A stretch of 64,000 nt of DNA from Carcharhinus longimanus (Eukaryota). The stretch spans positions 43,588,337 to 43,652,336 of the forward strand of contig JASCQW010000190.1 of assembly GCA_030264375.1 (NCBI GenBank), given 5' to 3'. Numbering within the stretch: position 1 is the first letter of the stretch; the number at the start of each line of letters is the position of its first letter. A program made the position numbers and the translations under genes. The notes beneath the pieces are model-generated. The model saw nothing but the letters and a program-made list of their open reading frames with translations. It did not search any database and was not told the origin of the DNA. Positions 12,845 through 26,450 of this stretch are shown here, piece by piece.

Positions 12845-13795
12845 AATGATGGAATAATTATAATCTGGGGTATTAAAGATACCAGAATTAGAGGAGAGCA
12901 GAAATTATGGGATATTGTGGGACTAGAGAATATCAGAGAACTAGGGAAGGTGAGGTCATGGAGGGATTTGAAAACAAGGATGAGAATTTAAAAATTAAAA
13001 TGCTGTCTGACCTGGAATCAATGTAGGTCAGCAGCACAGGGCTGGGAGGGGAATGGGATTCGCTGCGAGTTACACCATGAGTAGCAGATTTTTGGATGAC
13101 TTCAAGTTTACAGAAGGTATAATATGGGAGGCCAGCCAGGATTACATTGGAATAGTCAAGACTAAAGGTAACAAAGGCACAACTGACAGCTTCAACTGAA
13201 ATGGGGGCCAAGTTACAGAGGTGGAAAGAGATGATCATGCTGATGGCACAAATATGAGGTTGGAAGCTTATCTCTGTGTCAAATGTGACACCAAGGCTGT
13301 GAACAGACTGTCTTATTCTCAGACAACTGCCAGGGATGGAGTTGTAGCTAGGAAACAGAGTTGGATGCAAACAATGACTACAGCCTTCCCAATATTTAAT
13401 TGGAGGAAATTTCTGTTCATCTAGTTCTGGATGTCAGATAAGCAATTTTATAATTTAGCAACAGTGGATGAGTTAAGAGAGATGGTAGGGAGGTAGAGCT
13501 CGGTGTTGTCAGCATACGTGTGAAAACTATCACTGTGCTTATGGATGATGTTGCCAAAGGGCAGCACGTAGATGATAAACAAGAGAGAGACAACAGAGGT
13601 AATGGTGCAGGAGCAGGAAAAGAAGCTAGTGCATGTGATTATCTGACTCTGATTAGATAGTTATCCAAGGAACCAAGTGGGACCAGCTATATCCAGCAGG
13701 GCAGCAATGGAGAGGCATTGGAGCAGGATAGCGAGGTCATCTACATCAAAGGCTGCAGATAAGTTGAGAAGGATGAGGAGGGAGAGCTTACCTCT
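12845..13795 (-). mobile_element. L2 LINE RT C-terminal remnant
   Basis: SLGVTFDTEISFQPHI...FHLCNL...AFVTFSLDYSNVILAGLP...KLEVIQKSA is a typical L2 ORF2 C-terminus. Confidence 0.8.
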
Positions 13796-15559
13796 TTCTA
13801 TATAAACCTTTATCTCTGTGTGCCATTAGTTTATCTTATGAATGCTTTGTGTATTAAGATAAAACACAACAATGTTAAAACTTTCTACCATCTTCCCTGA
13901 TTTGACCTTATTCATTGATGCACTATTACCATTTTCTTACCCCTCCATGTCACACTCTGCTCATATTCACCCAAAACACAACAATACTGAGGCCTTGATA
14001 TTTCTCTTCAGATATATAAATTTCTCCACACTTGAACTTTCTGAACCCCTTGCATTTTAGTTTAAAGCTGCACCTAAAGTTTAGTACACATCTCCAGGAC
14101 ACTAGTCCCAGGTGGTTTTAAGTGGAGCACATCCCAACTTTGTGCTTTCAATGAGCAATTCTATGCAAAGGTTAATTGCAGTCTATGTTAGGAATGGTCA
14201 AATTATTTCACTTCAAGACCTCACTGACAGTACAATGTGGATTCGTTTATCCCGTCAGTCTAGCTGGATACAAGCCCAGGGACTGAAGGCCCACAATCCA
14301 AACCACTGAACCTGCATTCCAAGTTTAAAAAGTAACAAAAAGGCATTTATATAATTTCACACCTTGGCAGCACTGGTCAAATAGAGAAGCAAATAGTATT
14401 TTGACCATTGATAATTTGGCGAAACCATGTTTTCAGTTCACCTCCATTTTCACTTTACTGGTATAGGATGAGATTTTATTTAAATTGCAGAATCTCTCAT
14501 TTCAGCAAGGCAAATAATACACAAATAGTGGCACAGTAAAATAATCTGTTATACATCCAAAAGATTATGTCAAATGCTGGAATCAGCGAGATGGATTCAA
14601 TTTAAAAAAACAGAACGGAAGACTACTGTGCACAAATAAGTCACATTTCCCTTTTTTTCAGTGCATAGCATGCCTGCCAAAAGCATTTAAAGACAGCATC
14701 CGTCCTTCCTTTCCAAATGGAACAAAATCACATCCACTTCATGCTTATTTAGACAGGAACACTCCCCAAAGGTTTTAATCGAAAATTCATCAAAATAGAT
14801 AAATATAAAACACATTTGCTTTCAAGAGATCAAGTCTATTTCCTGTTAATAAAGGATTACTAAATTATAAGTACCATTAAGTTGAAGGAATTGTGTATTT
14901 TCCTCCCTGGAGTCACAGTTAACTTATCAAACATCAATCTTTCTGCTGACACATTAAATATTACATAAAGACACAAATTAATAAAAAAACACAAGGTTGT
15001 TCTACTTTTCCCAAATATATGGTGCTTGGCAGGTAACTTATTTGATCAGTCCACAATTTCTATTCTACGCTATCCTGGTGAAAGAATTTTTATGTTGGTA
15101 AATAGCAATTACAATAAATAAAAAAGATTCATTTGATGATTCAGTGCCAGTTCTTTTAATTACACATCTCAGTTTTCAAAACTTAGCCTTCTGCAGCAGT
15201 CACATAGACATTGTCACTGACGTATTGCTTAAAACAGTCTCAGCAAATACCAAACCTTCTGATTTAGTCACTGACCTGCATAGCTTTGACTGATTTGAGT
15301 TCAACAAGACATCAAATTTCTTCAAAGCTGGGCCTAACTCAATGACAATATTACCTGACAGTTATTAAGTAGCCAAATGTCAATTTCTCAATCAAGTGTT
15401 TGCACTCTCTTAGGAAGCTACAATCTCAGTTCTGCATCTCATAAGTCACATACTGCCATTCTCCCAAAAAGCGAGATGTTGTGCTCAATGGCTTTAAAAA
15501 TGTGGATTTAAAGTACTTACTTAATCTTGGACCACAAGGTTAAAAGCATCACACAATTC

Positions 15560-16024
15560 GTCAGACCGTAGATTCTGCTACAGTCCCAGCATATTGGAAA
15601 ACTGCAAATGTAACACTTCTATGCAAGAAAGGAGCGAGTCAGAATGCAGAAAACTATAGGCCAGCCAGTTTAATAGCTGTCATTTGGAAAATGCTTGCGT
15701 TATTAAGGAGGTGTTGGTAATAGGATATTTAAAAAAGTATAATGCAATTTGGCTAAGTCAACATTCTTCTGTGAGAGGAACATCATGTTTGACAAATTTG
15801 TTAACGTTCTTTGGGCATGCAACAAGCAGGGTGGATAATAGGGTAAGAATGGATTTGTGTATTTGGTTTTCCAAAAGACATTCGTTAAGATGCCAGATCA
15901 AAGGTTACTACACAAGGTAAGAATTCATGACTGTTAGGGTGACAATATTAACATGGATAGACAATTGTGTAGCGAACAGGAAACAGAGGGGCAGGGTAAA
16001 TGGATCATTTTTGGTTTGGTAAAT
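15560..16024 (+). mobile_element. CR1 LINE RT fragment
   Basis: WKTANVT...ENYRP and SCLTNLLTFF motifs; runs into an N-gap. Confidence 0.8.
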
Positions 16025-16454
16025 NNNNNNNNNNNNNNNNNNNNNNNNNNNNNNNNNNNNNNNNNNNNNNNNNNNNNNNNNNNNNNNNNNNNNNNNNNNN
16101 NNNNNNNNNNNNNNNNNNNNNNNNNNNNNNNNNNNNNNNNNNNNNNNNNNNNNNNNNNNNNNNNNNNNNNNNNNNNNNNNNNNNNNNNNNNNNNNNNNNN
16201 NNNNNNNNNNNNNNNNNNNNNNNNNNNNNNNNNNNNNNNNNNNNNNNNNNNNNNNNNNNNNNNNNNNNNNNNNNNNNNNNNNNNNNNNNNNNNNNNNNNN
16301 NNNNNNNNNNNNNNNNNNNNNNNNNNNNNNNNNNNNNNNNNNNNNNNNNNNNNNNNNNNNNNNNNTGGTAAATTGTAACTCATGGTATGCCACTGGGTTC
16401 AGTGCTAGATCCTCTAGTGGTTTGGACATACCAAATTTAAGTATTTGCTAAAAA

Positions 16455-17050
16455 AAAGCCGGAACTTTTCATCTTGCGTTCATCAGGATACACAGCAGAA
16501 ATACCATATGAATTTATACCATATGAATAAAAAGATCTGATTGATTGGTAGAGGTATCATCAGGGAGACTGTACCAGGTGACTGATAGTTAACTACTAAG
16601 CATCGTTTAAAATTTAAACAAGGCAGTTTGACCCTGATCGGTCAAAGCATTATCCTAAAGAATGGGTCAGTGAATAGCTCACTTATTTTGTTCAGCTGAA
16701 ACTAGCACGATATTTGTACATGTTCTTTCTATCTGCACAGAACACAGCTCTGTATTGTTACGTAGCCTCCAGTACACACAAAAGTGCCACACTGCAAACC
16801 TGACTGAAAATCTTAATTGGCTATCAGCGTAATTTTTAGCACACTGAGGATTATTTAGTAAATGTTGTCCCAATCACAAAATCACTTCTAATGTTGGACA
16901 CTTGGTTGACTGGGCACTTTTCGGGCTGAAAGTGACTGCCTTTGGCCCATGCACGTGTATGAAAGATATAGTGTGAAGTGATCTGCTCAGAGTGGCCATT
17001 ATCCGACAGGATGCCTTTGATGTGCCCTATTTCAGCACTGAAGCTAGCTG
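16455..17050 (-). mobile_element. Penelope-like element remnant (RT thumb to GIY-YIG C-terminus and 3' region)
   Basis: Minus-strand fragments AEIGHIKGILSDNGHSEQI and IGQHLLNNPQCAKNYADSQ resemble the conserved PLE 'EI..IK.IL..NGYP' and 'SAIG.HL..N..C..NY' motifs. Confidence 0.7.
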
Positions 17051-17079
17051 TTCCGTATATTTTTTTCCTTTGTTTTTGG

Positions 17080-17440
17080 ATTGTTAGCAAGGCCAGTATT
17101 TGTTGCCCATCCTTAAACTGAGTGGCTTGCTGGGTCGTTTCAGATGCCAGTTAAAAGTCAGCCACATTGCTGTGGGTCTGGAGTCACATGTAGACCTGGT
17201 AAGGATGGCAGATTTCCTTCCCTAAAACTGACAGTAGTTAACCAGATGGGTCTTTGTTTTACAACAATCATGATAGTTTCACGGTCACCATTACTGAGAC
17301 TAGCTTTATATCCCAAAGTAATAACTTGAATTTAAATTCCACCAGCTGCTGTGGTGAGATTTGAATACAAGTCCCCAGAGCATTACACTGGGCTTGTGGC
17401 TTAATAATCCAGCGATATTACCACTGTACCACCATATCCC
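17080..17440 (-). mobile_element. tRNA-derived SINE with CR1-like tail
   Basis: Minus-strand head ATGGTGGTACAGTGGTAATATCGCTGGATTATTAAG...TTCAAATCTCACC; related pieces at 25430-25680 and 26480-26600. Confidence 0.6.
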
Positions 17441-17717
17441 CAAATATTTGAAACAACTAAAGGCAGGATTACTTACCTTTAAATACTAGGCATCTGACTT
17501 TGGCCCCCTCTTGTGGGCAGGCATTACGTATGTTGCTTTCCATAATAATGGGACAATACCAGTTGACTGGCACAATAATTGGGGTAGAGTTTCTGTATCT
17601 GAAGAACTTTCACAAATTATTTCAGTATCTGTTTCCAGGAACATATATTCCAAATATTTATATGTTTTTGCACAAGTGCAGGGTGCAAATGCCATCACCA
17701 TCATAGAGACTCACTTT

Positions 17718-17990
17718 GGGGTGGCACAGCTGCCTCACACCAGGGACTTGGGTTCGACTCCTGGTTTGGGTCACCATCTCTGTGGAGTTTGTATGTTCTC
17801 TCCATGTCAGTGTGGGTTTCCTCTGGGTGCTCTGGTTCTTTCAGACTGTGGGAGGAAAAGCTTGGCCATGCTAAATTCTCAGTCTACTCGAACAGGTACC
17901 AGACAGTGGCAACTGGGGATTTTCACAGTAATTTCATTGCAGTGTTAATGTAAGCCTACTTGTGACACTAATAAATAAACTTAAACTTAC
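17718..17990 (+). mobile_element. V-SINE (tRNA-derived) variant
   Basis: B-box GGTTCGACTCC, V-domain GTTTGTATGTTCTCTCCATGTCAGTGTGGGTTTCCTC, tail CTTGTGACACTAATAAATAAAC. Confidence 0.75.
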
Positions 17991-18534
17991 ATTTGTTACA
18001 TCCATCCTCAGTGATACATATTTTATCCCGACATTTACATAAGCACATACATTTTTAATTTCAAAACAATGAAAATGTTGGTTAGCTCATTTTTGTTTTG
18101 TAAAAAATTTCTCTAACAATAAAAATACATTTTCCATCAATTGCATATAGAGAAATCAAAAATTCTCTCAAGCTTACTGCAGGGCAAATCTGCACTTGTC
18201 TTTTTTATGACTTTGATAATGCTGTTTATAGGGGGAACAATTTAAAACAGGACACATCAGTTCTAAAATCCATAAAAATAGAACCTTTTCATCTTATAAT
18301 GGAAGGAAAAGTGCAGCAGGTGCAGGAAATCCATGTTAATAGTCACAATGGGATTGTGGGCACAATGCCTATAGTACATGTTTCCATCTCAGACAACAAG
18401 AGTGCAAGACAGCAATCTTTGCTTGGAACCCTCTTTCTCTAAGCATTGTTCATCTTTCATATAATTTGGGGGCAGGCCCGTCAGCCTCTGGGAGGAGATC
18501 ACTGAGGCACAGATCTTTCTAGAGTTTCAAACTC

Positions 18535-18810
18535 AGAAAACATAACAGCTTACATACATACAGCACCTTTAGTGTAGGAAAATGTCCCAAGATACTTCAC
18601 AATAGTGATTATCAAACAAAATTTGATACAAAGAGATATTAGGGCAGATGATAAAAAGTTTGCTCAAAAAGATATATTTTAAGGAGTGTTTTAAAGGATC
18701 AGAAAGTAGAAGAGCAATGGAAAGGTTTAGAAAAGGCATTCCAGAGCTTAGGGCCTTAATAACTGAAGATACATCTGTCAGCACTGGGGTAACAGGATAG
18801 AAGATCACAC
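18535..18810 (-). mobile_element. L2 3'-end remnant
   Basis: Resembles the reverse complement of an L2 3' end (CAGCACCTTTAGTGTAGG...ATTCCAGAGCTTAGGGCC); similar to 12320-12410 and 31580-31700. Confidence 0.6.
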
Positions 18811-19016
18811 AATGTGCTATATTTTTTAATTCTTCCAAAAAACAGCCTGTCTGGGGCTGGGTGAATAGTGTCTTGAATCAGGGAGGCTGAATGGGAAAAG
18901 GTATTCTCTTGTCCTCCTGAAACAAACAGTACTGTGGACGACAACAAAAGGGAAACCTGATTGGATCTGGGGGGAGAGAGGAAAACTCAATCAGAACAAG
19001 GCAGAGGTATGATCTC

Positions 19017-19165
19017 AGAAAATGCTGGAAGATCTCAGCAGATCTGACAGCATCTGTGGGGAGAAACGAGAGTCAACATTGAGTCCAGGTGACCCTTTGT
19101 CAGAGATTTTCCAGCATTTTCTGCTTCTGTTTCAGATTCTAGTATCTGTAGTATTTTGCTTTTAT
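19017..19165. repeat. Foldback Penelope-related short repeat
   Basis: CAGAAAATGCTGGAAGATCTC ... GAGATTTTCCAGCATTTTCTG inverted arms; central GACCCTTTGTCAG core. Confidence 0.75.
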
Positions 19166-21317
19166 GATAGTGTCATAAAAGTCTGAAAATGGAGTGTCCC
19201 ACACCGGTTTCAGTGTTCCACACTGGCTTTTTGGACAAGTTCAGCACTGCAGACTTCCCACTCTCATCAGTTTTTCTGACAGCTGGGAGATTTGCACCAT
19301 TTTTTTGGCGGGGGTGCAGAAAAAGTCTAAGTACACTGGGGAAGCCAACTGCAGAGCGCTGAGGTGAAAATGCACAGGGCTCCAATCCCTCTCCCCCCAT
19401 AGACATCAGACCTCCCTCCCCCATTATTGGCAACATTCTCTCCCACACCAACTGGGATCCTCTTGATGAGTCCCCTGGCAATTCCCTATGCACAACACCC
19501 CTTGTCTCCACCCTGCAAAGCACATAAGCCCCCCTTTATTGTGCCTATCCACTCTTCCCCCAGTCGTAGCCCCAACCTCATTTAGGACCCACCACACCTA
19601 TGGTGCCTAAGTGGGCACTGCCAATGCGTATGGCCCAGCAATGCCCTGACCACCCAGAGACTTCAATGACCTCCACTGAAAATTCCAGGCTAGAAGACAC
19701 TGCGTGGGGTGCAGGTACGCTCTCTTAACTTTCGCAGATCGATTTTGCATCCCTTCTAGGCAAGAAGCCTATCTTGCCAGCAAAAAAGAGGCAGCAGGTT
19801 AGCAATTAACATAAATCAAATTTTTATCCTCTCCCGCGACCTTTCCGGCTCGTCACGCTGATTGACCAGAGCGGTGAGTAAGGTGGTGCCCAGTATGTTA
19901 AACATTGTATCTCTGAAACTTAAGTCATTGTTGCATTTTGTAAAGAGCAGTTTATACCAACATATTTCCCAAAGGGAGTTGTGACAGTGTGGACCAAATT
20001 ATTCTGAGGCAAAGGTGATGGACAGTGCAGGAAAAGTTAAAGAATAGTTGAATAGGTATTGGAGAAATTATTTTTGGGGCTGACCAGCTGGGCTGCTTAC
20101 TCATTTCTAGTCCCATACTTGCCAATGTTCCTGTCTGTTCTTTCTCTAAGCTCACACAAGTTCTAACAGAGTTATACTTGAAGCTCTGATGGAACAAGTG
20201 CGGCAAATAATACAATCTTATCAGATCAGAATTCATGGATGGATAGTATAACTAGGCATCATAAAAAGCCAACCTCTTTTATTTGACATTTTCATATTTC
20301 AAATGATTTTCACTCAATGTTAAATAATTCACCTGTTTTCAGAATTACAAATCATCGTATCGTCTTTAATAAACATTTTGAGGATAACATATGGTTACTG
20401 TGCTGTAGTGAAAGAGAGACTCTAATTCAAAGGGGGAATTACTTAGAAACAAAAATACCAGGGAATATATTCTCCTGAAGGACTAGCTTACAACCATGAC
20501 ACTTGAGAATTGTGAACTCAAAAGACAAGTTCCATCACAGTGTCACTTTTTGAATGCAGAGCCTCAGCCTTCCATGAAAATTCCACTAGTTCTGCCTTCT
20601 GAAGTGCCATGTGTGAGGCCCAGGTTATTATATCTGAGTGATCCATTGCCTTTTCAAAACATTCCGACCAACAAGGGAGCAGCACTGGAACTGAATTTTT
20701 CAACTCTAAAACTTAACTGAAATTAGATTTGCAGCCCTCTCCCCTGCAGAGTGGGGAGGGTGTTTCTGAAATGTCACCATATCCGCAGGCAAGGACCCAT
20801 TTAAATGGCCCTGTCTTTGGGATTTCAGGCACAGTCAATGCGATAGCAAATGGGCAGAATGCCTGCTTGGGATCAGCAAGCTCAGCACCAAATGCGTAAG
20901 AACCTGATACCTTCTTGGTCTGCAGAGACTCGGCTATTCATTGGTTCAACATGACGACTGGCATTTTACTTTAATTGTGAAGTTCTCCAAGCCTCAACAG
21001 CAAGTCTCTGACTACAAAGCCAGAACAATTTTGCATCAGCCATTAGAGGGATCATTGTTGAATAATCTAAGAAATGTAATCATTTTTTATTAACTGCTCT
21101 CAACATTATTAGGAAATTACTTTTCAGTCCTAAGGGAATAAGTCGATAGGGCAGGTATTCTTTCATTTGATCACACAAACTATAGACTGCTGAATTTGTC
21201 ACTGAGTCGCAATTTCAATATTTTTTCAGGTATGCTTAGAAGTTACTGAAACCCAATTAATCAACAGAAGCGAAATAAATATTATGAAGCAGAAACTAAT
21301 ATTTTCAAGACCAAACT

Positions 21318-21640
21318 TGGGTGTCGAGTCTTAGTTCAGTGGTAGCACTCTTGGAGACCCACCTCACTTGGGAGGTTTTAGTGCATGATCCAGACTGGCA
21401 ATGCGGTGCTGTATTGAGTGAGAGCAGCATTGTTGGAAGTACCATCTTCTCAGGTGGAAATACAATATCACATACACTATTTGAAGAAAAAAAGGCAATT
21501 GTTCTTGAGTCTTGACCAATATTCACTGCTTAAATGTCATTAAATTATCCAGTTATTTCATTGCTAATTTTGGGGCCTTCTCATGTGCAAAATTATTTCT
21601 TCACATTACAACAGCCACAGTGCTCCAGAAGTGCTTTTTG
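21318..21640 (+). mobile_element. DeuSINE/SacSINE1-like SINE
   Basis: tRNA-like head TTAGTTCAGTGGTAGCACTCT and Deu-domain-like CACTATTTGAAGAA...GTCTTGACCAATATT; related to 34965-35400. Confidence 0.55.
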
Positions 21641-21974
21641 GAGATGCCCCGAAGTCCCTCTTCAACATTAGTTTCATGAATTTTCAAATTGAATATTTAG
21701 ATTTTAGAATCAGGACAGCGGCTTGGACCATGACGACAGAGGTCATGAACGTTCCTTGCTTCAGCAATTGCAAAGCACTTACGGCACAAGTGCCTGTGTT
21801 GACAGCCCTGAAAATATAATTACAACTGAAGAAATGATCTCACTTCAGCTGCCCAAGACTCAGAAGTGCTTTGGTGCAAATAGAGACATAATTAGTGTCA
21901 TAAAATGACCAGACCAAATAATACCTGTGGAGATGGAAACTTGGACTGACAAGCAATTCAAACACTATACTTAC

Positions 21975-22000
21975 CTTAGTTTCAATTACAGACTGAGAAG
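21975..22000 (-). CDS. Candidate 26-nt (or 18-nt) microexon of the host gene, (A)SQSVIETK
   Basis: Consensus donor AAG|GTAAGT; pyrimidine-rich upstream with AG acceptors; the phase 1-0 reading would follow the 28690-28733 candidate. Confidence 0.25.
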
Positions 22001-22499
22001 CTTAATATAAAAGCAACAGAAGTCAAAGAGCTAATGTTTTATGTAATAAGAAGCAACATGCATGCCTACCAGCATCTAATGGATGCCCGAATTACGGAGG
22101 ACACTTGCAACAAGGCAAGCTGTATTAATATACCTGGAAACAAAACATCTTCAAGTTCAGAACCACTATATTTCAGACTGCTTCAGGTCATCATCTGTTT
22201 CTCCATTAGTTTTAATTAATTTATGAGAAATAGATTCTAGGAATAAAAAAAGCTGAGAGTCCTATTAGAAGAAATTAGATCACATTGTTTAACATTTAGT
22301 AAACTGCCTTCAGCTGCTGGAGCTGAATTTCTCCATTGTACAAAATAAGTGAGCTGTACAGTTGTGTGTTTAATTTGCATAAAAGCACTGTTGTTACATG
22401 ACTTGCTTCCTAGAATGGTTGGAATGACATGGCACAGTCAATCAAAACAATCCAAATGCACTTTAAAAAGGCACAAAGTTCAAACAGCTTTATAATCAT

Positions 22500-24582
22500 G
22501 AATGAGATCACAGACCTCCAGAAATTTAAAGGACATATAAAGACAGTACTGGACCAAGCCAGAGTCCACACTGATCCCCACCAAATATGGCACGGTCTGC
22601 AAGACATAACAAGTTACAAGATGAAGGCATGTAAAATCGCCGGCTCCAATGCACTCCTCCCTGATAAGCTCAATGCATTCTACGCTCATTTTGAGCAAGA
22701 GTTTGCCCTTCACCCTGGAAGAACTTGTATCTGGGGTCACCACTGCCGAAGTCAGAGCAGCTTTCTCAAAGGTCAACCCACGGAAAGCAACTGACCCGCT
22801 TGGGGTATCTGGACGAGCACTCAGGTTCTGCGCAGATTTGCTGGCGGGGGCATTCACAGACATCTTCAACATCTCTTTACAACAATCTGAGGTCCCTATC
22901 TGCTTCAAGAAGACAACTATCATCCTGGTACCTAAGGAAAACTAAGCAGCATGCCCTAATGACTATCAGCTGGTGCCTCTGAAATCTATCATTATGAAGT
23001 GCTTCAAAAGGCTAGTCATGTTACGAATTNNNNNNNNNNCCACAGCAGAGGCCATCTCTCTGGCCCTGCACTCAACCCTGGAACATCTAGATACAAGGAC
23101 ACCTATTTATTGACTAAGCTCAGCCTTCAACATCATTATTCCCATGAAACTCATATCCAAACTCTGTGGATGGGCCTCAGCACCCTTCTGTGACTGGATC
23201 CTGAACTTCTTAACTCACAGACCACAATCAGTAAGGATAGGCAACAATACCTCTTCCACGATCATTCTCCTGTGCCTGACAAGGCCGTGTTCTCAGCTCC
23301 CTACTATACTCCTTATGCACTTATGACTGTGCGGCCAAATTCCCCTCCAATTCGATTTTCAAGTTTGCTGACGACACCACCGTAGTGAGTCGGATCTCAA
23401 ACAATGACGAGACAGAGTAGAGGAATCAGATAAACAATCTGGTGATCTGCTGCGGCCACAATAATCTCTCCTTCAATGTCAACAAAATGAAGGAAATTGT
23501 CCTTGACTTCAGCAAGCATAAAGGAGAACATGACCCTGTCTACATCAATGGAGATGAAGTAGAAAGGGTTGAGAGCTTCAGGTTTTTAGGTATCCAAATC
23601 ATCAACAACCTGTCCTGGTCCCCGCATGTCAACACTATAGTTAAGAAAATCCTCCAATGTCTCTACTTTCTCAGAAGACTAAGGAAATTTGGCATATCAG
23701 CTTTGACTCTCAGCAACTTTTACAGTTGCACCATAGAAAGCATTCTTTCTGGTTGTATCACAGCTTGGTATGGCTCCTGCTCTGCCCAAGACTGCAAGTA
23801 ACTTTGAAAAGTTGTGAACGTAGCCTAATCCATCACTCAAATCAGCCTCTTATCCATTGACTCTGTCTACACTTCCTGCTGCCTCAGCAAAGCAGCCAGC
23901 ATAATTAAGGACCCCACACATTGTGGACATTCTCTCTTCCACCATCTTTCATTGGGAAAAATATANNNNNNNNNNNNNNNNNNNNNNNNNNNNNNNNNNN
24001 NNNNNNNNNNNNNNNNNNNNNNNNNNNNNNNNNNNNNNNNNNNNNNNNNNNNNNNNNNNNNNNNNCTTCCTGCTGCCTCAGCAAAGCAGCCAGCATAATT
24101 AAGGACCCCACGCACCCCAGACATTCTCTCTTCCATCTTCTTCCTTCGGGAAAAAAGTCTGAGGTCACGTTTCAATCAAATCAAGAACAGCTTCTTCCCT
24201 CTTGCAGTCTGTGAGTTAAGAAGTTCAGGATCCAGTCACAAAGGGAGGTGCTGAGGCCCATGCCACAGAGTTTGGATATGAGTTTCGTGGGAATAATGAT
24301 GTTGAAGGCTGAGCTTAGTCAATAAATAGGAGTCTGACATAGGGTGTCCTTGTTATCTAGATGTTCCTGGGTTGAGTCAGGGCCAGGGAGATGGCATCTG
24401 CTGTGGACCAATTGTGGCTGTAGAATGGACGTATCTTGCATTAAGTTGATCTTTCTCTGCACCCTACACTACATTCTGCACTCTCGCCTTTCCTTCTCTA
24501 TGAACAGCATGTACAGTGCGCAAGAAACAATATTCCTCACTGTATGTTAATATATGTGACAATAATAAATCAAATCAAATAT
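22500..24582 (+). mobile_element. Decayed Rex1/Babar LINE (RT to 3' end)
   Basis: VNPRKATDPLGVSGRALRFCADLLAGAFTDIFNISL, KFADDTT, LYFLRRLRKFG, ESILSGCITAWYG; tail AATAAATCAAATCAAAT. Confidence 0.92.
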
Positions 24583-25049
24583 TGGTTTGTGTGGAATATA
24601 TTTGTTTTACAATATTTTGAACATCCATCTTCTTTTTTCTGACTTTATTATATTAAATGCCACCGAATCTCGTTCACAGAACTAATGTTTATTAAAGAAG
24701 TTCACATTTTAAAGGAACATATCATTACAAATGGTAGATTCACACTGATGTCTAGGTTGCATTTACCACTCCAATATTCCATCAGATGGAGTAGCCATAA
24801 GAACAGAAGAAATTGTACACATGGCCTGTTGAGCCTACTCTGCTATTCTATACTGTCAAGCTCAAGCTTTATTGTCTCTAACAAAGGGGTACCAGTAATT
24901 GAGACTACCGATCTGTCTCCCAAATTTAGATTTCTCCAGCCTTTCCTTAAACAAGGAAGACATAGCTATGCTGTTACATCATATTTTTTGAACAATGAAC
25001 AAGATGTCAGGCAGTGAAAAAAAATAAAGTCCAACCAAAATTGAAAGGT

Positions 25050-26450
25050 CAAGTAGAATGGGTCTATGTTCTCTGGCGTTTAGAAGAACGACAGGCGATC
25101 TCATTGAAACACAAAATTCATGGGGGGCTCAACAGGGTCAATGCTGAGAGACTGGTTCTCCTAAAATCTAGCACTGGCTGTCGGGATAAGAGTTCAACCA
25201 TTGAGGAGGAGAAAATCCTTTGCCTAGTTAGATGTGAATGTTTGGAATTCACTCACCTAGAGAACTACGTATGATTGGTTCATGAATATATTCAAGACAG
25301 AGATTTATAGATTTTTGAACTTTTAGGAGTAATGGGGATAGGGCAAACAAGTGGAGTGGATATAAAAATCAGCAATGATCTCATTAAACAGTGAGTTCGA
25401 CGGGCCAATCTTTGCTCATTTTTTAAAAAACTCATTCATGGGACATGAGCGAAACTAATTTGTTGCCCATCTCCAATTGCCCTGGAGAAGGTGGAAACCC
25501 ACCTATTGGCAATAAAGTGGCTTGCTAGACAATTTCAGGAAGCATTTAAGAGCTAACCACATTGCTGTGACTCCTGAATTCATAAATAGGTTCAATCAGG
25601 TAAGCACAGCAGATTTCTGTCTCTAAAGGGATATTAGTGAAACAGGTGGATTTTTATGACAATTTACAAATTGAAACCTTCTACCCTTACCTGGATTGGT
25701 CTAAATATGACTGAACAGCAATGTGGTTGATTCTTAAATGCCTTTTGAAATGGCTTAGCAAGCCACTCATCTGTATTAAATCACGATAGAAAATCAAAAA
25801 GGATTGAAAGGAAATACAGGTTGACCAGCATCACCCTGGTCAATGGAAACCATGACAGAATTACCAGCCCTGTCGATCCTGAAGGTGCCCTTTACTAACA
25901 TCTGGGGGCCTGTCCCAAAATTGAGAGACTGGTCAAGTGACAGCTTGACATAGTCTTATTCACAGAATCATAGCTTACAAAGTCTCAGTCATTTTCATTC
26001 CTGGGAATGTCTTGACCCATCAGCACAATAAAGGAAAAAGCAGCTCACTTAATTGGCACCACATTCACCACTTTAAACATTTGTTCCCTTCAGCACAAAT
26101 GCAGAGTTGCAACAATGTGCCCTACACACAAGATGCACTGCAGCAACTCCTTTGACACATCCTCCAAAGCTTTGATCGCTATCTAGAAGGACACAAGCAA
26201 TGGATGCTTGGGAACACCACATCTACAAGTTCCTCTCCAAGACAAAAATAATCCTGACTTGGAACAATACTTTCACTATGTCTGAAACAAAATCCTGGAA
26301 TTCTCTCCCTAATAGCACCATGGGTCGACCTGCACCAGATGGACTGTAGCTATTCAAGAGGATGGCTTATCACCACCTTCTCAACAGCACGTAAAGATGG
26401 ACTACAATTACTGGCCAAATCAGCAATGCCCACATCCCATGAATGAATAC
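25050..26450 (+). mobile_element. Mosaic of old CR1 3' fragments and SINE pieces
   Basis: CR1-like GATCTCATTGAAACAC...AGGGTCAATGCTGAG and a 3' end AAATCCTGGAATTCTCTCCC...CACCACCTTCTCAA...CCCACATCCCATGAATGAAT. Confidence 0.55.

Noticed and set aside
17470-17704. Minus-strand ORF near a strong GTAAGT donor, as a host exon
   Set aside because: TGIVPLLWKATYVMPAHKRGPKSD resembles the LINE pre-RT motif (G.VP..WK.A.V.P.HK.G.K.D) and a stop precedes the donor; probably an old LINE remnant.
19180-19900. GC-rich island as a promoter or exon (also 20725-20950, 36350-36622, 63840-64000)
   Set aside because: Looks like decayed non-autonomous DNA-transposon sequence akin to 42713-44019, but termini could not be defined; no coding or promoter evidence.
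23870-24165. Direct repeat of ~95 bp on both sides of an N-gap in the Rex1 element
   Set aside because: Straddles a 100-N gap; cannot be separated from a scaffolding overlap or haplotype artefact.
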